From contig JAQGDQ010002032.1 of the NCBI GenBank assembly GCA_030141605.1, positions 1-17,358 of the forward strand: a stretch of 17,358 nt of DNA, in the 5' to 3' direction. This DNA is from Tubiluchus corallicola. Lineage: Eukaryota > Animalia > Priapulida. Position numbers and translations under genes: made by a program. The stretch's first letter is position 1. Each line of letters opens with the position of its first letter. Below are positions 8,826-17,358 of this stretch, piece after piece. The notes beneath the pieces are model-generated. The model was not told where the DNA came from. It saw only the letters and a program-made list of their open reading frames with translations, and ran no database searches.

Positions 8826-9268
8826 GCGGGATGCCCACACTGTATCTCGACACTAGGCAGAGGAGCTGCACAAGCAGCCAATGGCTAGAGGGCGGAAGAG
8901 GTCAAGTGACCCAACGGCCATGTGTAGAGGAGTAAACCTTCCAAATCAGGAGTGGAGCCCCTAAGGCGGACCAGTGCAGCATGCTCACTGATTCCGGCAG
9001 CTCCTGCAGCCAACCTGGTGCCAAACGTATCGCTCCGCTTTCCTTTGGACTACACCAGGGAGCAAGAGAGGGGGTTCCTGTTGTGTGGGCAACTCAGGAT
9101 CTCCATACACCTTGCCCAGGCGTGCACCCTGGAGAGGCCATTCCAGTGGTTCAAGTATCGGATTGCTCAGCCACAGTCGACGCTGCAGCTCCATCAATGT
9201 GATCAATAACTGACTCTCTTGGCGCACACTCCATTGTCTTCCGAGACAGAAGGATGCCAACAACAACA
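8708..9268 (+). mobile_element. Near full-length 5S rRNA-derived SINE (SINE3-type) with RTE-LINE-derived bipartite body and (CAA)n tail
   Basis: 5S head, then a GC-rich body, then a remnant reading SSIGLLSHSRRCSS...NN* (9151-9213), a 3' stem-loop TGTCT-TCCG-AGACA (9235-9248) and a (CAA)n tail. Flanked by the 12-bp direct repeat ATGACACCTTGA (8696-8707 and 9269-9280). Confidence 0.88.
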
Positions 9269-9462
9269 ATGACACCTTGAAAGCTTGGCTTGAAAGGTGG
9301 CAGAAATGAGTGAATGAAAGAATGGTTAGGGTTAGAAGAAATGATGGAATGGAAAAAATAGTAAGATTATGGATAGGAAGAAGGAAAAAAGGAGAAGAAA
9401 CGACCAGAATAAAAAACAACCAAATTTTTACAGTCAAATCCTTTAATGCTAAAACCAGTTAA

Positions 9463-9603
9463 TTACTTGCAAAAGAAACGTCACTATTTAAAAAAAATAC
9501 TATCAGCAGTAGTTGCAAGAAGAGCCTTAGTTAACTTGTATGAAAGTTACAAAAATATCATATTTGCATCCAAAGTGGCAGAGTTACTTTTCTCTTGCAA
9601 TAA
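9463..9603. repeat. Short imperfect inverted repeat (possible degraded MITE)
   Basis: TTACTTGCAAAAGAAACGTCACT (9463-9485) versus the reverse complement of AGTTACTTTTCTCTTGCAATAA (9582-9603). Confidence 0.35.
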
Positions 9604-9621
9604 TGTTTAAAAATAACTTAC

Positions 9622-9716
9622 GATCTGCTCGATGGAATGTGATTCTTAATGGTCTTATGCAGGAGCTCGATGAAGTCAACATGCAGCCCGAACAAATGTG
9701 AAAGAAAACGTCGACT
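9622..9716 (-). CDS. NCAPG2: NCAPG2 internal exon
   Basis: tttgcag|AGT CGA CGT...AGA TC|gtaagt; 95 nt. Encodes SRRFLSHLFGLHVDFIELLHKTIKNHIPSSR(S), matching CAP-G2 GRRFLS.LF...FI..IH.TIKN. Confidence 0.92.
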
Positions 9717-10694
9717 CTGCAAAAAAATTAGGAAATCCGATGGACAGAAGAAAATCATTTTAATTACTCTAAATTTAAATTTATGTTGTATTGTCATCAT
9801 ACTTTTTTGAGTTTTGCATAGTGCTGCCACCTTCAGGTGTTCTTGTTAAAATTGTTAAATCTTTCTCTTTACTGTTTAAATTTTCATTGGCTTCTACAGT
9901 CTTTATGAATGCATAATCTCTAAACCTGTTTTCACACCTAAATGATTTCACCTGTAGTTTTGGTCACTTGGTTTTCTGCTTTTCAACATGGCACTACTTC
10001 ACTGTTTATGTAGGCATTTCAGAATAAAATATTAAAACTAAATTTCAAGTTTTTTGGTTTCTTCAAACCATCCATATTATCGTTCATTCACAAACAGCAA
10101 AAAACAGTTGGAGCTGTACAATTTTAGGCAGTAACATTATGAAGTACAAGGACAAAAAAATTTAACTTTGCCAATGAGCATCAGGTACATTAACATTTGC
10201 CTTTCACTTAACTTCAATATTTAATTGTTTATTGTCTAACTTCTGTAGATCATTTTCTAAGTCTGCACTCCAATTGTCAATCTCCTCATGCAGTCATACA
10301 GGTAATTTTTTGTGCTCTAACTATCTGCCTATTTATTTTACCTCAGATCATCAAAAATCGCTCTGTAATTTTTTACATTATTATGATATATTATGACTCC
10401 ATTATAAATTCGCTTGCTCATGTCTAAGAATTATGCTTGTGTTATAAAGTATATTTCAGTTGCCATTGTTATTACGTTTCAATTGTCAGATTTTTATTTC
10501 AGTTCAGTTTTATTTCAGTTATTTTCAGTTTGATTTTTTTTATTATGCACCTATTATTACTGTGTGTGAATTGTATTAACACGTTATAAGCATATCAATT
10601 TAATGTCATTCGTAACAAGTAAATTTTTATTATAAGCAGTACTAACACTAATACACTGTAGCATAGCGCCTAGTAAAAATGTTCATCACTAACC

Positions 10695-10833
10695 AAAGGG
10701 CAGCTGACTGGATGACCAATTGATCTTTCACTGCCCTTTCTTCACATTTTTGTTTCCAAATTAATTGTATTATAACTTTGCGTGTGTTACAAGATAAATA
10801 AAAAGATTATTATTATTATTATTATTATTATTA
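10695..10833 (+). mobile_element. Probable LINE (CR1/L2-group-like) 3' end
   Basis: 9-bp stem AAAGGGCAG/CTGCCCTTT (10695-10703 and 10731-10739), AATAAA at 10797 and an (ATT)9 tail at 10806-10832, preceded by a long T-rich UTR-like tract. No ORF recognised. Confidence 0.5.
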
Positions 10834-11446
10834 CTGCATCTGACAGACAATTCAAGCCACAAATTTTCTCATGTTGAGTGTTGAAATTGGTGTGATGTAT
10901 TTTGATGTATTATGTAGAAAATCTCTTAAGTTTAATGAAAAGATTTGATACTGGTGATAATTTAATGTGCCAGAAAATTTTAGTAAGCGATGCTAAATTT
11001 ACATCGCACATAAGACAGCAATGGTGGAGACTATTATTGTCATTTTCATGTTATGAACATTGTCAACATTATATGTATTTATTATGCCTTTATGTCCATG
11101 ATATTTATGTTCAAATGTAAACTTAATCTCAATAGTTTTACACACCTTATTCTGAAATCTTCGTCAAGATAATTGCGCATATTACTAATAGCAACATTAC
11201 TTACAGGGTGGTTGACTTTGGTAACTTTTAGTTTTTTGCCATCCTTTCACCAATCACTTGAACATCATTAACTCAGATAATTTTATAATCTTGTCACTTT
11301 GTATCATATTATCGTTTCATGCTCTGTGTTTTTCTTGTAAAAAAGGTGATAAAATAAATATACTTACTTGCTGTTTATTTAAGTGTGTGTGTGTTATTTG
11401 TTTGTATTGGTTTTTTGTTTTTATGACGTTGCATGTTGTATATACG

Positions 11447-12857
11447 TAAATTATAATATGAACTTATGTTTGAAATATAGAATTAAATTATAATATGAAC
11501 TTATGTTTGAAATAAAGAATTAAATCATAATATGAACTTATGTTTGAAATAAAGAATTAAATCATAATATGAACTTATGTTTGAAATAAAGAATTAAATC
11601 ATAATATGAACTTATGTTTGAAATAAAGAATTAAATCATAATATGAACTTAGTTTGAAATAAAGAATTAAATCATAATATGAACTTATGTTTGAGATAAA
11701 GAATTAAATTATAATATGAACTTATGTTTGAAATAAAGAATTAAATCATAATATGAACTTATGTTTGAAATAAAGAATTAAATTATAATATGAACTTATG
11801 TTTGAAATAAAGAATTAAATCATAATATGAACTTATGTTTGAAATAAAGAATTAAATCATAATATGAACTTATGTTTGAAATAAAGAATTAAATCATAAT
11901 ATGAACTTATGTTTGAAATAAAGAATTAAATCATAATATGAACTTATGTTTGAAATAAAGAATTAAATCATAATATGAACTTATGTTTGAAATAAAGAAT
12001 TAAATCATAATATGAACTTAGTTTGAAATAAAGAATTAAATCATAATATGAACTTATGTTTGAAATATAGAATTAAATTATAATATGAACTTATGTTTGA
12101 AATATAGAATTAAATTATAATATGAACTTATGTTTGAAATAAAGAATTAAATCATAATATGAACTTATGTTTGAAATAAAGAATTAAATCATAATATGAA
12201 CTTATGTTTGAAATAAAGAATTAAATCATAATATGAACTTATGTTTGAAATAAAGAATTAAATCATAATATGAACTTATGTTTGAAATAAAGAATTAAAT
12301 CATAATATGAACTTACGTTTGAAATAAAGAATTAAATCATAATATGAACTTATGTTTGAAATAAAGAATTAAATCATAATATGAACTTATGTTTGAAATA
12401 AAGAATTAAATCATAATATGAACTTATGTTTGAAATAAAGAATTAAATTATAATATGAACTTATGTTTGAAATAAAGAATTAAATCATAATATGAACTTA
12501 TGTTTGAAATAAAGAATTAAATCATAATATGAACTTATGTTTGAAATAAAGAATTAAATCATAATATGAACTTATGTTTGAAATAAAGAATTAAATCATA
12601 ATATGAACTTATGTTTGAAATAAAGAATTAAATCATAATATGAACTTATGTTTGAAATATAGAATTAAATCATAATATGAACTTATGTTTGAAATAAAGA
12701 ATTAAATCATAATATGAACTTATGTTTGAAATAAAGAATTAAATCATAATATGAACTTATGTTTGAAATAAAGAATTAAATTATAATATGAACTTATGTT
12801 TGAAATAAAGAATTAAATCATGATATGAACTTATGTTTGTAATGAAGAATTTAATCA
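11447..12857. repeat. 37-bp minisatellite, about 38 copies
   Basis: Unit AAATCATAATATGAACTTATGTTTGAAATAAAGAATT, highly homogeneous, ending in (AAATC)n at about 12853-12871. Confidence 0.97.
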
Positions 12858-12880
12858 AATCAAATCAAATCATATCTTAC

Positions 12881-13015
12881 TTTGTCTTTCCGCAAGTAAT
12901 CTTTGTGAATGACACACTGCAGTAGTAAATGCTTCACACTCTGAACGCTTTCATTCTCCATGTCCATTAGTGATAAAGCTTCCTTCATATCAACGACACG
13001 ATTGATTTCTGCTAG
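12881..13015 (-). CDS. NCAPG2: NCAPG2 internal exon
   Basis: ttgttag|CTA GCA GAA...GAC AAA|gtaaga; 135 nt, phase 0-0. Encodes LAEINRVVDMKEALSLMDMENESVQSVKHLLLQCVIHKDYLRKDK and is in frame with both neighbours. Confidence 0.88.
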
Positions 13016-13078
13016 CTAACAAGGCAAAAAACATTTTATTTAATCACTTTAATGCAAAAGTTTACGAAATCATTAGAT

Positions 13079-13560
13079 CAGTGGTCTTCAACCTTTTTTT
13101 AATGTCGTCCACCCCTGGTGGGGATTAAGTAGAAGCCCTCCACCCCCCCACCCCGAAAAAGGCTCATTAAAAATCTCACGTTTTTAATATTTAAAATCTG
13201 CGTTTCATATCTCATTTCTATGACTATGTAAACAGAAAAAAGCAGTTTCTCTTATTTTTTATTCAACTTTTACATATTCATCCATATATTTACACACCTC
13301 ATCTCAAACTAAGAGGCTCAAAATACACAAGATAACATTAAGCCATTTAGACGTATTTTCCTTCACTAAAGTAAAATTGCAGACAATGTTTGCTATATTT
13401 GGTACTAATTAAACAAATAGTTATCCTTTAAAAAAATCAGTGGCTTGGCTGCTATTGCACTTTGTCTGCTATCAGGTTGAATCCGAGGTTTCAGACGATT
13501 TTCAAGTGCAACTCCTCGCATGAGAGGATCCAAGTTCAGGATTGCATTCCCTTTCTTAAT
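13079..13560 (-). mobile_element. hAT (Buster/Charlie-type) transposon 3' relic with degenerate transposase C-terminus
   Basis: TIR CAGTGGTCTTCAACCTTTTT at 13079, preceded by CATTAGAT (nnnTAnnn). Minus strand 13560-13437 reads IKKGNAILNLDPLMRGVALENRLKPRI, then a frameshift, then NLIADKVQ*QPSH*. This resembles the ...MRVALS..PR....Q.QPSH* end of Buster/Charlie transposases. Confidence 0.7.
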
Positions 13561-13569
13561 AATTAGATG

Positions 13570-15919
13570 AACTCACGTCAAGCTACTAATGACGTGTTAA
13601 AACCAACGAGTTTTCTAACTCACGTCAAGCTACTAACGATGTGTTAAAACCAACGAGTTTTCTAACTCACGTCAAGCTACTAACGATGTGTTAAAACCAA
13701 CGAGTTTTCTAACTCATGTCAAGCTACTAACGATGTGTTAAAACCAACGAGTTTTCTAACTCACGTCAAGCTACTAACGATGTGTTAAAACCAACGAGTT
13801 TTCTAACTCACGTCAAGCTACTAACGACGCGTTAAAACCAACGAGTTTTCTAACTCATGTCAAGCTACTAACGATGTGTTAAAACCAACGAGTTTTCTAA
13901 CTCACGTCAAGCTACTAACGACGCGTTAAAACCAACGAGTTTTCTAACTCATGTCAAGCTACTAACGATGTGTTAAAACCAACGAGTTTTCTAACTCACG
14001 TCAAGCTACTAACGATGTGTTAAAACCAACGAGTTTTCTAACTCACGTCAAGCTACTAACGGCGCGTTAAAACCAACGAGTTTTCTAACTCATGTCAAGC
14101 TACTAACGATGTGTTAAAACCAACGAGTTTTCTAACTCACGTCAAGCTACTAACAACGCGTTAAAACCAACGAGTTTTCTAACTCATGTCAAGCTACTAA
14201 CGATGTGTTAAAACCAACGAGTTTTCTAACTCACGTCAAGCTACTAACGGCGTGTTAAAACCAACGAGTTTTCTAACTCACGTCAAGCTACTAACAACGC
14301 GTTAAAACCAACGAGTTTTCTAACTCATGTCAAGCTACTAACGATGTGTTAAAACCAACGAGTTTTCTAACTCACGTCAAGCTACTAACAACGCGTTAAA
14401 ACCAACGAGTTTTCTAACTCATGTCAAGCTACTAACGATGTGTTAAAACCAACGAGTTTTCTAACTCACGTCAAGCTACTAACCACGCGTTAAAACCAAC
14501 GAGTTTTCTAACTCATGTCAAGCTACTAACGATGTGTTAAAACCAACGAGTTTTCTAACTCACGTCAAGCTACTAACGGCGTGTTAAAACCAACGAGTTT
14601 TCTAACTCACGTCAAGCTACTAACGACGCGTTAAAACCAACGAGTTTTCTAACTCATGTCAAGCTACTAACGATGTGTTAAAACCAACGAGTTTTCTAAC
14701 TCACGTCAAGCTACTAACAACGCGTTAAAACCAACGAGTTTTCTAACTCACGTCAAGCTACTAACGGCGTGTTAAAACCAACGAGTTTTCTAACTCACGT
14801 CAAGCTACTAACGACGCGTTAAAACCAACGAGTTTTCTAACTCATGTCAAGCTACTAACGATGTGTTAAAACCAACGAGTTTTCTAACTCACGTCAAGCT
14901 ACTAACGGCGTGTTAAAACCAACGAGTTTTCTAACTCACGTCAAGCTACTAACAACGCGTTAAAACCAACGAGTTTTCTAACTCATGTCAAGCTACTAAC
15001 GGCGTGTTAAAACTAACGAGTTTTCTAACTCACGTCAAGCTACTAACGACGCGTTAAAACCAACGAGTTTTCTAACTCATGTCAAGCTACTAACGATGTG
15101 CTAAAACCAACGAGTTTTCTAACTCACGTCAAGCTACTAACAACGCGTTAAAACCAACGAGTTTTCTAACTCACGTCAAGCTACTAACGGCGTGTTAAAA
15201 CCAACGAGTTTTCTAACTCATGTCAAGCTACTAACGATGTGTTAAAACCAACGAGTTTTCTAACTCACGTCAAGCTACTAACGGCGTGTTAAAACCAACG
15301 AGTTTTCTAACTCACGTCAAGCTACTAACGGCGTGTTAAAACCAACGAGTTTTCTAACTCACGTCAAGCTACTAATGACGCGTTAAAACCAACGAGTTTT
15401 CTAACTCATGTCAAGCTACTAACGGCGTGTTAAAACCAACGAGTTTTCTAACTCACGTCAAGCTACTAACGATGTGTTAAAACCAACGAGTTTTCTAACT
15501 CATGTCAAGCTACTAACGATGTGTTAAAACCAACGAGTTTTCTAACTCACGTCAAGCTACTAACGACGCGTTAAAATCAACGAGTTTTCTAACTCACGTC
15601 AAGCTACTAACGGCGTGTTAAAACCAACGAGTTTTCTAACTCACGTCAAGCTACTAACGATGTGTTAAAACCAACGAGTTTTCTAACTCATGTCAAGCTA
15701 CTAACGATGTGTTAAAACCAACGAGTTTTCTAACTCACGTCAAGCTACTAACGACGCGTTAAAACCAACGAGTTTTCTAACTCACGTCAAGCTACTAACG
15801 ACGCGTTAAAATCAACGAGTTTTCTAACTCACGTCAAGCTACTAACGATGTGTTAAAACCAACGAGTTTTCTAACTCATGTCAAGCTACTAACGATGTGT
15901 TAAAACCAACGAGTTTTCT
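13570..15919. repeat. 47-bp minisatellite, 50 copies
   Basis: Unit AACTCAYGTCAAGCTACTAAC(N5)GTTAAAACCAACGAGTTTTCT; 2350 bp = 50 x 47, with no indels seen. Confidence 0.97.
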
Positions 15920-15922
15920 CGC

Positions 15923-16494
15923 GCTTTCTAGTTTTTGCTCAGTGTTCAGTGCAACAGACATGCTACTCATGTTTCTGTACTTTTAATAAGCACTTTTCTG
16001 TTGTGTGCAGTGCAAATATGTATTCTAGATTTTTTATTCCTATTCATACTTCTGTGCCTAAACTCAATCATAACAAAGTGATTGAACAACAACTTCAAAA
16101 TGACTTTCACAAGCATACTTACCAGTGCTTTTAACAAAGATTTAAATTACATTCTACCAGCTGACTTACCCTCAGTATAATTGTATGGTCCAGTGAATGC
16201 ATACACACTGGTTCGCTCCCTATTTTAAAGTAATGGTTGTTGTGAAGCCTGTGCAAGTCTGCATAGGTCAAGTCCTATACCTGTATACTGACTGGTTTTG
16301 CTTTCTAGTCTCTCTCATCCTGAGTGTTCAGTGCAGCAGTTTTGCTACTCATGTGTCTGTAGTTTTAATAAACACTTTTCTGTTGTGTGCAGTGCAAATA
16401 TGTATTCTAGATTTTTTATTCCTATTCATACTTCTGTGCCTAAACTCAATCATAACAAAGTGATTGAACAACAACTTCAAACATGACTTTCACA
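15923..16494. repeat. ~190-bp direct duplication (15923-16111 and 16300-16494)
   Basis: GCTTTCTAGT...TGACTTTCACA is present twice; the block CACTTTTCTGTTGTG...ACAACTTCAAA is identical in both copies. Confidence 0.9.
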
Positions 16495-16584
16495 CGCTCA
16501 GTTAACTCGCCAGGGAGTTATCCAGTCTATTTCTTAATTCCTGTTTATAATGCACACTTTGCCTGTTTAAAGAAGCCAACTTAC

Positions 16585-16742
16585 CGAAACTTTGTGCTGC
16601 AAAGATCTCTGTAGTAAGTAGACAAACGTTTGAAATGTAAGTTCATCTCTGCCTTCCAGCTCAGCTTTATACCAAGTCTCACACAGTAAGGCTATCCGAT
16701 TCTTAAGAGGGTCCAAATTATCAGGCAATGACAACAAGACGC
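16585..16742 (-). CDS. NCAPG2: Condensin-2 complex subunit G2, internal exon (first in window)
   Basis: ttacag|GC GTC...GTT TCG|gtaagt; 158 nt. Encodes (G)VLLSLPDNLDPLKNRIALLCETWYKAELEGRDELTFQTFVYLLQRSLQHKVS, similar to the vertebrate CAP-G2 N-terminal region (GILYALP...LCVTWW...FVMLLRRSL, from recall). Not in the ORF track. Confidence 0.9.
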
Positions 16743-17358
16743 CTGTAATTTAGTAAACACTATTCATGGTAATAATAGAAATAGTGAATGTAAATAATCC
16801 TGTATATCAGCATTAAAGGAAGACAGGTTGATTTTTTATATACTACCGCATTTTCAAGTTTGATAAAAAAAGTATATATTTTAACACAATTAATGCTGCA
16901 AAATCGTTTCTGATAATTAAATAATAAATTAAAAACTTAATTAATGAGGGACGAGCCCAACTAGTGATGACATCACAAACTAACATAATTTTCAACAGCA
17001 AAAATATTCCACTAGCGCGTTGCACGTGTTTGCAAAAGTGAAAATTGAAGTACAGTGCTACTGTAAGATATTCAGTATGTTGTATTAAAACTAGGCAAGT
17101 TTTAAGATAAAAATTCAAATTTCAAATTGATTTCTGTTCTCACGCTTGAGCTGTCGAACGTGTGCAGGTCGTCATAAACTAACACATCTGAACTGAGAGG
17201 TACAGTACTGTTTTTTGTGCAATGCATTTCCGAAATGCAGACGCTAGTGCCCATCTAACTAGCGAATGACGAAATGCATGTAACAGTGAAGGAACGTGAA
17301 ATTGTGTTTGTGTGGTAATAATTCTTTCGCGTAAGTCATTCTTGAAAAAATAGTATGT

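Noticed and set aside
8826-8890. HDV-like ribozyme at the start of the RTE-like segment (known from some RTE 5'UTRs)
   Set aside because: A P4-like hairpin GCTGC-ACAA-GCAGC (8865-8878) followed by CAATGG is present, but I could not build a convincing P1/P1.1/P2. An RNArobo or Infernal search on the family consensus would settle it.
8952-9437. ORFs 8952-9209, 8981-9202 and 8985-9437, and the equivalent ORFs at 2686-3202
   Set aside because: These are chance frames across the GC-rich SINE copies and are not maintained between the copies. Only the short SRIGLLSHSRRC remnant is meaningful.
11447-12857. CRISPR array (37-bp unit containing GTTTGAAA)
   Set aside because: The units are head-to-tail with no spacers; this is a plain minisatellite.
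13570-15919. CRISPR array or integron attC-like array (TAAC...GTTA)
   Set aside because: It sits in a eukaryotic intron, has no unique spacers or cassettes (only 5 variable nt), does not fit RYYYAAC/GTTRRRY, and has no cas or integrase gene nearby.
15949-16486. Paralogous small proteins (15949-16134 and 16298-16486)
   Set aside because: Their similarity comes from the intronic DNA duplication. They have non-ATG starts, no recognisable domain, and lie antisense within NCAPG2.
15923-16494. TRIM / mini LTR retrotransposon
   Set aside because: The repeats end in CA and one starts with TG, but I find no primer-binding site, polypurine tract or TSD.
16945-16965. Helitron 3' end (GGGACGAGCCCAACTAG|T)
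   Set aside because: CTAG|T is present, but the hairpin is only about 3 bp and no 5' end could be assigned.

Overview
AT-rich, intron-rich eukaryotic DNA, most likely from an invertebrate animal (inferred from the repeat types and the divergence of the protein). The backbone is nine internal GT-AG exons of NCAPG2 (condensin II subunit CAP-G2) on the minus strand. They splice in consistent phase into 1329 nt of open frame; the start and stop codons lie outside the window. The introns are packed with repeats. There are two copies of a tripartite SINE (5S rRNA head + RTE-like 5'UTR + RTE ORF C-terminus/3'UTR + (CAA)n tail), each with its own 12-bp target-site duplication (TSD). Three copies of a CAGGGATGAGAA-ended hAT-like MITE carry swapped interiors. 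Also present are a near-perfect 92-bp-arm palindrome, a Buster/Charlie hAT transposase relic, LINE-like 3' tails, three tandem arrays (67, 37 and 47 bp units) that each abut or derive from a transposon end, and a ~190-bp direct duplication. The most notable item is the 5S/RTE SINE. Most ORFs in the supplied track are spurious or are exon read-throughs. Homology calls are from recall, not from searches.
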